A stretch of DNA of 26,167 nucleotides. It comes from a virus (Duplodnaviria > Caudoviricetes). Positions 5,935-16,070 of the stretch are shown one piece after another (position 1 is the stretch's first letter; each line of letters begins with the position of its first letter). The stretch is taken from positions 1 through 26,167 of the IMG/VR virus record IMGVR_UViG_3300048575_000498. The stretch is one strand, 5' to 3'. The translations under genes and the position numbers were made by a program. A model generated the notes under the pieces. It did not search any database, was not told where the DNA came from, and saw only the letters and a list, made by a program, of their open reading frames with translations.

Positions 5935-8658
5935 TCACCATTGCAAGTATATATCGCCTTCGGCCATGCTCGTTGGGGCTGATGCTTGGCCGTTCGTGAT
6001 ATTTCCAGCATGGTACATCCTTTGCGAGTTGAAATATACATTTGCGTTGTTCGGTGCTATTTTTATGCCATTTGATCCTGTACTTTCATACCCGCCCTGG
6101 GTTATAAGTAGCTCCTGAGAGGGATTTGTACCCACAAGCCATTGACCAGTTGTATTCCCAGCTAAGGCGGTTGATGTCCCAAGAGAAAGATGCGACCATG
6201 AATTGCTTGCTCTTGATATACGTATACCTTCTGCGTAACCGCCATTATGTGAACTTCCTGGATTAACATGCAATGTTCCGTCGATATTGGGGTTTAACTT
6301 TGCAGCGTACTTGTCTGCTAAAGCTGTACCTGCTTCAACCAAACTACCCTTGATTACAAGGTCGCCACCATTATTAAGCCGCATTAGCCATGTATTGATG
6401 GCTAAACCCCAAACAAAGTTATCTGTTAATCCCCAGTGACCAACACCAACAGCCCATTGGTTTGAATTATTTGATTGATACAGGATACCTGCCTCGGCGC
6501 TTGATCCTAACATCTGCGCGCAATACCATAGATTATTTCTTGCTATGATCAACCCGGCATCAATCGTTGCCTTGCCACTTGCCTGCAAAGATGTAGGAGC
6601 AGCGAAAGTGAGTACACCATTACCCTCTATTATTCTGCTGGTAAAATCAAGGGCTGAGTTATTGTAATGGAAATCAATATTGCCTCCATGCCCAGCAGCA
6701 GCACCAGGAGCAAATTCAATTGACCCAATACCATAGGGACTTAATCCGGCATCTGACTTCATCGTAGCGATGTTCCCGCGATGGTACACCCGATACTTAT
6801 TGGCCCCCATGGACCATCCACCGACAAAAAGATCGTTTGTTCCGCCGTCCAAACCAAAATGGACAGCATAGTCATTAGCAACGTGAAGTGAAATTATTGC
6901 ATCTGCCCCAATCGTGGATTGACGCACTTGTAGAGTATTTATGTAATCGCCATACGAGCCAGATGCACCAGCTGCAACGTCAAAAACATACAATCCTGAC
7001 GGAAAATTACCGGACGTGATTGCACCAGCCACATGATTATGGGCAGCAGCTGCGGCCCCAATATCGGATAGCACCTGTGCTGGAGTGCGCGGAACAAGCG
7101 CACCCGTTCCTGCCCCTTTCAGATAGCTTCCTGCTGCAACAACGTCAAGGCCGGTTCCACCAGACGTTACAGGCCATATGCTGGGTATGACAATGCCCCC
7201 GAACCGCTGATCCAGCGTCATACCCTTATAGTAAATCTCCCATTCCGGGTTAACCTCAAAGGCATCTTCACGCACTGCCCGCATGCCTATAGCGACGCCG
7301 CGGCCGCCCACACGATAATGCAGCAGCCAGCTTTCCGTGGGTACGATATCCGTTGACTCAAAAGCGTTCAGGGCGTCCGTGAGTGCCACCTTGACAACGT
7401 AGCTGGCGCCAGCATCAAACCCGTCTCCAGCCACGTATGGTGTACCGGATGCGATAATGGCCGTAGACAACTGCGCGTAGGCACCGCCTGTATACGGGCG
7501 GCGGGAAGTGACCATGGAGGTGATCGAATTCTTCTCATTTACGCTTGCGATTGTGTATGTAGCAGTGACTTTGACATATGTGCCGCTGTCGTTCGGAGTG
7601 CCATCCTGGTTGCACCTGATAGCATCAAGGGAGGTAATTTGAGGGTGTGAATAGGCAACAAAGGTTACATTGACATAGGCGGTATTTTTGCGCCCACGGC
7701 TATCCTTTACTTCACAGACAAATTGCACAGTCCCTACAGCATTGATAGCTCCGGTGTCAAAAGGACTGCTAGCCCCAGTATACCCGCCACCGGTGATTTT
7801 TGTCTCTACAATCGGGCTCCCATATGCCGCTGCCACGCCGTTGGCCGTCAGGCGCACGCCGCTGATCCCCTGGACGTATTCAGCCCAACCAGCCGGCACG
7901 CCGTTGTTTATCCTGTCTGCCGTCAGAGAGGTGATGCTTGGTAGTATGGCAGCCCCGGCCTTGATGGTAAACTGCTTCGTTACGCTGCCGGTAATCACAC
8001 CGCCCATATATGTATCCACGCGCACGGTGGCCAGGCCGCTTTCGGCGTCGGGGATGGCGTCAAGCCAGCTGAGGGGTACAGTCAAACTTTCGGCAAACGG
8101 AGTGCTATGGCTGCCACTGTCGCTATGGGATGAGCTATAGTCCTTGTATGCTGTCTGAAACCGCCATGTAATAACATGGTCGGCGTCTGGATGCGTCGGC
8201 GTGATCGTGGCCGTGATGGTCTGCCCGGCGTCCAATTCGGTCTTGTCCAAAGAAAAATCAGACTGCGGTATGAAATAATCAATCTCTAGGACGCCGCTCA
8301 CGTTGTCGCGCAGGTTGATCATATTGCCTGTACTACCGGCACTGGCTCGAACCGTGAACACAATGGGGCCGTCACCCGATTGAGCAAGGGCCGACACAAA
8401 CTCAGATAAGGCCACAGTTTCGCTGTGTATATCCGAATTCTGAGCAAAATTAACCGTCCTGCCAACGCCGCTGCCCTTTACAAGCTCAAGATAACACTGC
8501 GTAGAGTATATGCGGATATTGTTCAGTGTGAGGCGCACAGCCAATACCATGGCATTGGCCACGCCGGTGCCGGAGGCGTACGCCGAAAAAGACGCGCCGG
8601 CCTTCAGGTCAGCGTTTTTGTTAGTAAACGACGTTAAGTTGAATTGCATGGTCGGCAT
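5935..8658 (-). CDS. Tail fibre / receptor-binding protein (DUF859-like N-terminal half, mosaic fibre C-terminal half)
   Basis: PSITS...YVQG.S...AAYGSPI...DSRGR...Y..P.I....RCNQDGT.NDSGTY is DUF859-like. It is followed by the fibre motifs GGTG, HNH, IDFH...DFTSRI and EGIRI, and ends in GDIYLQW. It lies after Tal. Confidence 0.85.
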   Translation of the reverse strand: MPTMQFNLTSFTNKNADLKAGASFSAYASGTGVANAMVLAVRLTLNNIRIYSTQCYLELVKGSGVGRTVNFAQNSDIHSETVALSEFVSALAQSGDGPIVFTVRASAGSTGNMINLRDNVSGVLEIDYFIPQSDFSLDKTELDAGQTITATITPTHPDADHVITWRFQTAYKDYSSSHSDSGSHSTPFAESLTVPLSWLDAIPDAESGLATVRVDTYMGGVITGSVTKQFTIKAGAAILPSITSLTADRINNGVPAGWAEYVQGISGVRLTANGVAAAYGSPIVETKITGGGYTGASSPFDTGAINAVGTVQFVCEVKDSRGRKNTAYVNVTFVAYSHPQITSLDAIRCNQDGTPNDSGTYVKVTATYTIASVNEKNSITSMVTSRRPYTGGAYAQLSTAIIASGTPYVAGDGFDAGASYVVKVALTDALNAFESTDIVPTESWLLHYRVGGRGVAIGMRAVREDAFEVNPEWEIYYKGMTLDQRFGGIVIPSIWPVTSGGTGLDVVAAGSYLKGAGTGALVPRTPAQVLSDIGAAAAAHNHVAGAITSGNFPSGLYVFDVAAGASGSYGDYINTLQVRQSTIGADAIISLHVANDYAVHFGLDGGTNDLFVGGWSMGANKYRVYHRGNIATMKSDAGLSPYGIGSIEFAPGAAAGHGGNIDFHYNNSALDFTSRIIEGNGVLTFAAPTSLQASGKATIDAGLIIARNNLWYCAQMLGSSAEAGILYQSNNSNQWAVGVGHWGLTDNFVWGLAINTWLMRLNNGGDLVIKGSLVEAGTALADKYAAKLNPNIDGTLHVNPGSSHNGGYAEGIRISRASNSWSHLSLGTSTALAGNTTGQWLVGTNPSQELLITQGGYESTGSNGIKIAPNNANVYFNSQRMYHAGNITNGQASAPTSMAEGDIYLQW

Positions 8659-8669
8659 TTTATATCACC

Positions 8670-10595
8670 TCAACCTATCCATTTATCCCCACAGCTGCCG
8701 TCGGCCAGTTTAACCCGCGCAACAAATCCCACGGCCAGTTGTTTTCTGATGCTCGCATTCTCAATATCCATGTTATTGTCAGTGATCCGCGTGACCTCGT
8801 TGTTATGCTGATCCCTGATGGCCACACGATCGGCAGCCACAAGCACAGATGTAGGCACACCGGTTTTACCGACAATTGCCCCTTCTGCCACCACGCGAAA
8901 GGTAGTCTCCTGGACGGTTTTAAAGCCTTTCAAGTCGGATGTATCGCTTTCAAGCCCGGATACCTTGCTTTCAGCCGTGCCGACGCGCACCGTAAGCCCG
9001 TCCGCGGCTAACTGTGCAGCTGCAAATTTAGCGCTTACATCGGTTTGCTTCGCTAGTCCCGGCAAGGTGGATTCAACAGTGGTAATTCGGGCAGCACTGG
9101 CATTAATCGCCTCGGATGTAAGGCTAAGGTTAGTAGCCACCTCCGTATTCAAATTATCCAGGCCCCCAGATAGCTCCAGGTAAGCATCCTTGACGCTTAT
9201 GTGCACGCCAACCGATGCCTCAATAATTACTTCCTCACCCAAGACCCCGCGAGGTGTGATGCCAATGCGCCAATGCCAGCTGTTATCAGGGTTTTTGGTG
9301 TTTGCAAATGCAACGATGCCCGGTCCATGGTAGACGGCACCATATTCAGAGCTGTCAGGATCGAGGTTTTGGAACAACATTCCCTTGCCCTCGATGACCT
9401 CAGCATTTTGATAGCTTGCTGACATCTGCAGGAAAACGCGCATCAAATCAATAGCGCCCTGCAGCCTGTACGCTCTTACGCCTCCGCTGGGTGTGGTGAC
9501 TGCCTTGATAACCTCGGCGGCGTTCGTGGCGTCGGAAAGGGCCTTATACAGATCCTTCTTGTAGTTGCCAAGTACCACGTTCACGTTGTACCATTCGCCG
9601 GTGGCCATATTAAGTTCCCGGTCAAGTTCCATTGCACGGGCCGCAATATCAACGGCAAAGAAATCGTGATGGATAACACTAGAATCGCCTAAGCCAAACT
9701 CTTCTAAAGGCTTATATAGAGCGTACTGTACACTGCTTTTAAGCTCCAAAAGATCAATGCTGTATTCCACTTGTGGCACATCCACTGTGGGCAGGTGCAG
9801 CTGAGCCTTGGACATTAAGTCTGCGGGAAGATCGTCGTCCGGGAATTCCACACGGCCTTCCAGGGGCATATGGTAGTTGCCGATGTAAGGCGAATCAATA
9901 TAGTCCTTGCCACCGTTTATGGATTCAAAGGTGGCCCCGCCATACCCTGATACATGCAGCCGGGTAATGGTATCCTCTATGCTTTCGGTGTAATCGATGC
10001 CGGCCAGGTTCTTGCCACGGCGGATGGGATAGCGGCGGTCAATTCCTATTTGGGTGCGAATGTTGATGGTCCAGTTGTCCGGCTTAATCTCACCGCCCCA
10101 AAGCTTCAGCACCTGTTCCTTCAGCACCCAGAAAGAAGACTTTTGCAGCACGTCCAGATAGTCCAGGATTTCGGTGTTGTCCACGGTACCCACGGTAAAC
10201 GGCGTGCCGGTCAAGATTAGTGCCAAGGCCGCGCCCTGGGTGATGCCATCCGGGTCTGTCTCGCTGGTTTCAATATTGGTAATCTCTTTCTTGCGTAGAT
10301 CGTACAGGATGTGCAAGGCATCCACCCGGACCTCGCGGCCGGCCAGCTTATCAGACTTTTTGATACGATAAATTCGGTAAAGCTGCCCTTCAGCGCAAAT
10401 CAGGTGCCCTTCCTGCAGCAGGTCGTACCCGCGTTTATTGATCGGGTACCGCATCGAAAAAGACATATCGCCGTTGACAGCCAGGTGAGCGCGTGGCTCT
10501 ATGGCATATGGAAGCCGCCCGAGCCCGGAGGCCAGTCGTTCGGTAACCCAGGCTGCCGGCGTCATGTCGTGGCGGTATACGGTCAAATGTTCCAC
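8670..10595 (-). CDS. Tail-associated (Tal / prophage tail endopeptidase-like) baseplate hub protein
   Basis: Lies after Dit. Motifs WGGEIKPDN.TI...G.D....IRRGKNL.GI....TRL...G...SINGGKDYIDSP, then a coiled-coil extension. Confidence 0.85.
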   Translation of the reverse strand: MEHLTVYRHDMTPAAWVTERLASGLGRLPYAIEPRAHLAVNGDMSFSMRYPINKRGYDLLQEGHLICAEGQLYRIYRIKKSDKLAGREVRVDALHILYDLRKKEITNIETSETDPDGITQGAALALILTGTPFTVGTVDNTEILDYLDVLQKSSFWVLKEQVLKLWGGEIKPDNWTINIRTQIGIDRRYPIRRGKNLAGIDYTESIEDTITRLHVSGYGGATFESINGGKDYIDSPYIGNYHMPLEGRVEFPDDDLPADLMSKAQLHLPTVDVPQVEYSIDLLELKSSVQYALYKPLEEFGLGDSSVIHHDFFAVDIAARAMELDRELNMATGEWYNVNVVLGNYKKDLYKALSDATNAAEVIKAVTTPSGGVRAYRLQGAIDLMRVFLQMSASYQNAEVIEGKGMLFQNLDPDSSEYGAVYHGPGIVAFANTKNPDNSWHWRIGITPRGVLGEEVIIEASVGVHISVKDAYLELSGGLDNLNTEVATNLSLTSEAINASAARITTVESTLPGLAKQTDVSAKFAAAQLAADGLTVRVGTAESKVSGLESDTSDLKGFKTVQETTFRVVAEGAIVGKTGVPTSVLVAADRVAIRDQHNNEVTRITDNNMDIENASIRKQLAVGFVARVKLADGSCGDKWIG

Positions 10596-10599
10596 GGGG

Positions 10600-11403
10600 T
10601 TACCCCCTTTCGATAACCAAAAGTCTGATAGTGGCTGCTAGGTTCTCGCCGGCCACCGCGATTGCGCCGGCGGATTTGATATCAAGCACCGGGAAGTCGC
10701 CGACGAATGGCACAGACGTCATTACACCGCCCGCCTTGTGATACACCACCTGCGCGTCGCAGTCGATGTATAGGGTTGTACTGCCGACGGCTTGCCAGTT
10801 GATCACCAGCCCGGCGCCTCCACCAACGGCCAGTGTGGTCCATGTGCCCGTGATGGCAAAATACAAGGCAGCCGGGTGGGCGGCCAAATAAGCAACGGAG
10901 GGAAGATCACCGGAGTTCGTGCGGGATACGGTTTCGGTGCCGACGGTGATCTGCTCGGGGATGGGCGTGCCGGCAGCTGGGTGCCACCCGACCTGCTTGC
11001 TGCGGACCTTGTGCCAGCAGGGAGGATTACAGATAAAGTCAACAGTGATCCTCGCCCAGCGCGGGGTGACCATTTCAAAGTCGATATCCCCCTCAACAGA
11101 GCCAAGATAGTATTTTTCGGGATCATACCATAGGCGCATTTCGGAGGCGTTAAGGAGCCAGCCCGCTATAGCCTGATACTTATTGACAAGATCATCCTTG
11201 CCGGTACCATTCAGGGCGAAGTTCAAGCGAATGGGTGATGCCTGGTACTGCCAATAGGTGCTTTCCACGGCGGTCAGATGCCCCGGACGAGGTTCCCTGT
11301 TCCGGTTGCGCCGGGGCAAAAGAAGAGGGGTGACACTCCCCAGCGTCAACCCCTTATTAATACTGCTTATCCCATCAAGCAAGGCAAACGGTTGTACGTT
11401 CAT
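10600..11403 (-). CDS. Distal tail protein (Dit)
   Basis: Directly after the tape measure. Pattern IAGWL.....LWYDPEKYY.G.V...I.F......ITVDFICNP. Confidence 0.8.
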   Translation of the reverse strand: MNVQPFALLDGISSINKGLTLGSVTPLLLPRRNRNREPRPGHLTAVESTYWQYQASPIRLNFALNGTGKDDLVNKYQAIAGWLLNASEMRLWYDPEKYYLGSVEGDIDFEMVTPRWARITVDFICNPPCWHKVRSKQVGWHPAAGTPIPEQITVGTETVSRTNSGDLPSVAYLAAHPAALYFAITGTWTTLAVGGGAGLVINWQAVGSTTLYIDCDAQVVYHKAGGVMTSVPFVGDFPVLDIKSAGAIAVAGENLAATIRLLVIERG

Positions 11404-11412
11404 GCAGCCTCC

Positions 11413-14400
11413 TTAGTTCCCGGTACGCTTCATGCGGCGTTCCAGCTCATCCAGAACGTAGTCCGCGTCCTGCTGGCTGCCAATTTGAGTGTTGTAAAAA
11501 TTCACAGTCATGCCGCCCCCGCTGACATTCGGTATAGATCTCCCGATCATGTCAAGCTGCCGCTGTACAGCATCTTGCATGCCGGTGGTGAGGGCTTCAA
11601 GCGTGGCGATGATAGCACTGCCGCCACTGGCAAGGCCGGTGGCCAAGTATTGCACAAGCGACGCCCCGGCATCTTCCCACGGAGAACCAAAGGATGCAAT
11701 CAGGTCAGTCATCTGCTGTAAGTTATTGGACATGACCATGCGTAGGGCTTCCTGACGTAGATTTTCTTCGTCCATTAACTGGGAGTATTTATCCTGCACA
11801 GCGGCCTTTTGATCCTGAAGCGCGTCGATTTCAGCTTGCCGGGCGAGCTGGGCCTGCCGGCGCTGCTCGTCGGCTATCAGTTTGTCAATTTCCTGCTGCA
11901 GCTCGCGGCGTTCGCGTGCGGATTTTGTGGTGCGGAGCTGCTTCTGTTTATCGGTCAGGTTTTCTTCATAGTCCTGGGCACGGGCGGCTTCTTCTTCCGC
12001 ATCAGTCTGGGCGCGCAGTATATCAATCCGATCATCCAGCGCGTCAAGTTCGGCGTCCTTTTCCTCCTGAAGGCGGTTCTTCAGAGCGGCCGCGATCTGA
12101 CGATAGGCACGCTGTATGGCGCTGGATTGGGCCTGTAAAGCCGCCTCCTGCGCCTGTAGGACTTCCTGCTGCTGTTGCTGCTGCAGGGCATACATTTGTT
12201 CCTGCATGCTCCAAAGCTCTTCCTGCGTCAACTGGTGAGCGTTGATGATACCCTGGAGCATTTCAAGCTCCTGCTGTACCGTCAGCTCGCCTAGGGCTTT
12301 CTTGTGGTTATACAGGTCCATGTCGGTCTGGTACTGCTGCTGACGCAGGGCTTCGCGGGTATCGTACAAGCGCTCATCAATGTCGGCCAGTTCTTCAGCG
12401 TTCAGTTGATGGGCAGCCTTGATTTGTTCCAATCCGGCAATCTCGGCCTGCAGGGTAAGCTGGCCAAGCATTTTCTTGTGATCCAGGGAAGCATAAGCAT
12501 CATCCAGGTCCTTTTTTCGGATCTCTTCTTGCACATCAAAGATGCGCTTTTCAAGGTCGCGTTGATCATCGACCTTCAGGGTGCTTGCTCCCCGACGGTT
12601 ACGATATTTGGCTTCCAGAGCTTCCAGTGTGACAAGCTGCTGTTCAAGTGAAACACGCTTCATGTCTACTTCCTGTTCCATGGCGGCGATATCTTTTTGG
12701 AAAGCGGTTTGTCCGCCCCCGCCGCCCCCGCTGCTTTTGGCGCCAACGGAAGACAGTCCAAGAAATCGGCCAAGTGGAGTATTGGCCAAGCGGTTCCAAA
12801 AGCTTACAATTGAATTAAAAGCAGAGAAAAAGCCGGATGTCTCGATCTTGATATCTCCGCGCCTGTTAGCGGCCGCTATCAATGCAGACACAGCCGGCGT
12901 CAATCCGTTTATTTCATCCTTAGCCAGACCCATGCTGCCGGAGATGGTTGCGGCCATGGCGTCCAGGATGCCGATTGCCTCTTCCGGGCCCTTGGCAGAT
13001 ATTTTCGCGTCTCCCAGCATCTTATTAAATTCTTCCTGCGTGGCTGTGCCGTCTTTGGCGGCCTGGGCGATCTTTCGCCAATTGCGCACGTTCTCCGCCG
13101 CTGCCTGATCCATCGTAATGGATTTTTTTAAGACATCAACCTTTGCGGTAAGCTTATTCACTTCTGCCTGGAATTCTTTAGCACTGGCGGTCAGGGGATC
13201 AAACGAATTGCTTCCAACAGAAAAGTCAAATGCGGACTTCGATGAATTTGAAAGGTTTGAATAGGCAGTATCCAGATTAAAAATCTGTTCAGCAAGTTTT
13301 GTCGCCTGTTCATTTCCTTTCCCAAAGGCCTCAACCAGAACCCCCTGCATCGCTACAAGCGTTGCCCGGGTGGTTTGGTATGCCAACATTTGTGCCGCTT
13401 GCCGGTCGGTTAGAATTTGTTCCAGCTCACCTTGTGCGGTCAACTGGGAATTGATCTCGTCCAGCGTATCAACCTGGTCCTTTTGTAGGCTAGTAGTGGC
13501 AAGCACCCTATCCAGTGCGGCTTTATAGGTATCGGATTCCTGGATTCCGCTTTCCTTCTGCATGATGCGCAGGGCTTCTTGGGCATCCCTTGCATCTCGG
13601 ATGCTGGCGGCAAGATTGTCGTAAGCAGAGATTTGGTCGTTTGCAGACTTCACAGCAGCGTCAAACGCTTTTGTGTCACCGGCGCGGAAGGCATCAAGAA
13701 ACTTTGCAGAATCGAATTCCTGCATAGCAGTATACAATTCTTCGACAATGAACTTAAATGATGCAAGATCGGGATAAGTATCGCCCAAAGCTTTTTGAAT
13801 ATCCTTTGCTTCAAGCCCAAACGCATCCCCAATTTTAACAGCGCTCGACGCCAACTTGTTAAAAAAGTCTTGAAATTCCGACAGTTCGGCGTCCGTCAGC
13901 TTTTCACCAGACATTAACCGCTTGTAGTAGCCGTCGACTGCACGCTGAGCTTTACTGAGGTCAGCATTATCAAGGGAGTCAGTAAATTGAGCTATGAGGT
14001 TATTTGCAAAGGCATTTGCTTCCGCAGTATTGGTGAATCCCTTTTCAGCCGCATCGCCCCAAAGCTTCTGGGTAAGCTGCTTTGCAAAACCTTCCGTCGC
14101 TGATTCATCCCCACCAATCGCTTCTACCATTTTTGCGTTCAGCCATGTGGAGAATAGATCGAGTTCACCCGCCAATTCCTGCTTCCAAGCCTCTATAGCT
14201 TTAATCACATCGGAATCTTTCGGGTTTGCTTTCAAATATTCATTTGCTTCTGCAATAAAGTTCCGTACCGCATCGGGCCGTCTACCGGTAATAGATGAAT
14301 CAATGGCGGTCCTGGCGTTTGCGGCATCAAGTTCTCGCTGTTTTTGAAGCTCGACTTCATTGGCTGCGATCTTGTCTTTGATGGCTTGCGTTACTGTTCC

Positions 14401-15825
14401 GTAAGCAGACGCAACACCATCAAGCGCCCCGGTTGTGATTCCGTACTGCTCTGAAAGTGTTTTTTCAATGCTATACATTTCCTTTGTTTCGCTATAGGAA
14501 AGCTTTTTCTTCCCGGACAGCTCCCGGTAGCGAGCGTCTAGCGAACTAAGCTCTGCGTTTGCATCCCTGTATCCATTTAACTCCTCTTTACGTGCCTGAG
14601 CTGCTTCCTGGGCGGCCTTGGCGGCGGCCTCCTGGTTTCGCGCATAGGCTGAATAAGCTAAAGAGAACACCCCAAGAGCTGCCCCGATTCCTATAAGCCA
14701 CGGCATGGCCGCATGAATGCTTACACCAAATACAGTAGCGCTAGCAGCGGCCTTTGCAAAACTGATCTTCAACTGCTCAAGTGCGATAGAACCAGCAGGC
14801 AAAACGATAGCTAGCCCAAGCATGGCAACGCCGCCAGTAGTTAAACCGGCGGTCAGGGACGGAAGCGTATCAACCGTGCCGCGTAGAATATTCTGAAACA
14901 GCGTGAATCCTTCCGTCAGCAGCCCCACGACTGGGGCCATGCTACTGCCGTAACTCCTGGAAGTCAATTCGCTTGCCATGGCAGCTTCGGCCTGCGTGCC
15001 GGCTAGGGTCTTGCTGACCTTCTCAAGGTTCCCGACCATATGTTCAGTTTCAGTCATGATGCCGTTGTATTCGGCCTGGACCTTCTGCGCCTGGGTGAGG
15101 GATTCAACGCCTACACCTAGCTCCTTGGCGTACTCTTTCCACATAATGCTGACGTTTTTCGTAACGCCGGCATTATCCACCAAGATGGACATTTCGTTTT
15201 TCAAGCCTTCAGTGGCGCTTGTAACGGCCTGCGCAATGGACATACTTGCCTGCCGCCCTGTAGCGGCGGCGTCCTTCAGCCGATTGATGGAAGCAACCGC
15301 CTCATCCAGGGTATAGCCGCGTGAAAGAAGGTTCCTTAGGCTTGTAGCGGCAGCGGTCGCATCAAAGAACTTGTCAATCAGGCCATCAAGCCCCGTCAAC
15401 AAAGCGTTTGAGCCGATGCCCTTACCCTCGGCGATAGACTGCACGCCGATGATGGCCGTCTGATACTTGGTCAGGGCATCAATGCCCCTGTCCACCGCAC
15501 CCAGCACGATGTTAATCATCTTTCCGGCGGCAGCGGCAATGCCTGCATACGCCACAGACTGCATGGCGCTGGCTTCTTCGGCGGACTTGCCCATTTGCTG
15601 ATGGCTTTGGGTCATCTGCTGCCCTGCCTTGGTAGTGGCTGTAGCAGCGCCCTGAACAGCCTTTGTTTCCTGGGCGGCAGACTTCTCCACGGCGGCCCCT
15701 GCCTTGTCGCTGCTGGTGCGCATTTGCGCCATGGCGGTTTCAAGCTGCCGGGCGCCTTCGAGCACACCGGTGGCGTCGGCCCGGATTCGCATGACAATTC
15801 CGCCTACATCCAATTCATTGGCCAC
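11413..15825 (-). CDS. Tape measure protein (1470 aa)
   Basis: Longest ORF, Ala/Gln-rich and helical, with a central hydrophobic segment. Contains the conserved block LLSRGY...RLKDAAA.GRQ...ATEGLKNE.S.LVDNAGVTKNVS. Lies between the TAC and Dit. Confidence 0.93.
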   Translation of the reverse strand: MANELDVGGIVMRIRADATGVLEGARQLETAMAQMRTSSDKAGAAVEKSAAQETKAVQGAATATTKAGQQMTQSHQQMGKSAEEASAMQSVAYAGIAAAAGKMINIVLGAVDRGIDALTKYQTAIIGVQSIAEGKGIGSNALLTGLDGLIDKFFDATAAATSLRNLLSRGYTLDEAVASINRLKDAAATGRQASMSIAQAVTSATEGLKNEMSILVDNAGVTKNVSIMWKEYAKELGVGVESLTQAQKVQAEYNGIMTETEHMVGNLEKVSKTLAGTQAEAAMASELTSRSYGSSMAPVVGLLTEGFTLFQNILRGTVDTLPSLTAGLTTGGVAMLGLAIVLPAGSIALEQLKISFAKAAASATVFGVSIHAAMPWLIGIGAALGVFSLAYSAYARNQEAAAKAAQEAAQARKEELNGYRDANAELSSLDARYRELSGKKKLSYSETKEMYSIEKTLSEQYGITTGALDGVASAYGTVTQAIKDKIAANEVELQKQRELDAANARTAIDSSITGRRPDAVRNFIAEANEYLKANPKDSDVIKAIEAWKQELAGELDLFSTWLNAKMVEAIGGDESATEGFAKQLTQKLWGDAAEKGFTNTAEANAFANNLIAQFTDSLDNADLSKAQRAVDGYYKRLMSGEKLTDAELSEFQDFFNKLASSAVKIGDAFGLEAKDIQKALGDTYPDLASFKFIVEELYTAMQEFDSAKFLDAFRAGDTKAFDAAVKSANDQISAYDNLAASIRDARDAQEALRIMQKESGIQESDTYKAALDRVLATTSLQKDQVDTLDEINSQLTAQGELEQILTDRQAAQMLAYQTTRATLVAMQGVLVEAFGKGNEQATKLAEQIFNLDTAYSNLSNSSKSAFDFSVGSNSFDPLTASAKEFQAEVNKLTAKVDVLKKSITMDQAAAENVRNWRKIAQAAKDGTATQEEFNKMLGDAKISAKGPEEAIGILDAMAATISGSMGLAKDEINGLTPAVSALIAAANRRGDIKIETSGFFSAFNSIVSFWNRLANTPLGRFLGLSSVGAKSSGGGGGGQTAFQKDIAAMEQEVDMKRVSLEQQLVTLEALEAKYRNRRGASTLKVDDQRDLEKRIFDVQEEIRKKDLDDAYASLDHKKMLGQLTLQAEIAGLEQIKAAHQLNAEELADIDERLYDTREALRQQQYQTDMDLYNHKKALGELTVQQELEMLQGIINAHQLTQEELWSMQEQMYALQQQQQQEVLQAQEAALQAQSSAIQRAYRQIAAALKNRLQEEKDAELDALDDRIDILRAQTDAEEEAARAQDYEENLTDKQKQLRTTKSARERRELQQEIDKLIADEQRRQAQLARQAEIDALQDQKAAVQDKYSQLMDEENLRQEALRMVMSNNLQQMTDLIASFGSPWEDAGASLVQYLATGLASGGSAIIATLEALTTGMQDAVQRQLDMIGRSIPNVSGGGMTVNFYNTQIGSQQDADYVLDELERRMKRTGN

Positions 15826-15837
15826 AGTCCCACCGCC

Positions 15838-16070
15838 TTAAAATTCATCAGCAAACTTTTCTACTGGCTTGTCTTCTTTTTCAATCTTGTGCATATCGGC
15901 ATATGCGTCCAAGACAAGCATCAGCTCGTCCAAGTAGTAATCGAGCATCATTTCCTGCTTGCTGATTCCGATTGACTTACAGGCGGCTGTGAGCCGCTGG
16001 AGCCAATACTCGCCTTCTTCGTAGTCGTGCGTAACATCGGCAGGACGGCGCTGCGCACGTTCATAAAAAA
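15838..16070 (-). CDS. -1 frame extension of the tail assembly chaperone (gpGT-like C-terminal part)
   Basis: The -1 frame opens immediately after a TGA at the T7 run. It reads FFYERAQ...EYWLQRLTAACKSIGISKQEMMLDYYLDELMLVLDAYADMHKIEKEDKPVEKFADEF*, ending 12 nt before the tape measure start. Confidence 0.75.

Noticed and set aside
5390-8658. Diversity-generating retroelement or invertible tail-fibre cassette suggested by the paralogous domains
   Set aside because: There are no near-identical DNA repeats differing at adenines, no inverted crossover sites, and no reverse transcriptase or invertase in the window.
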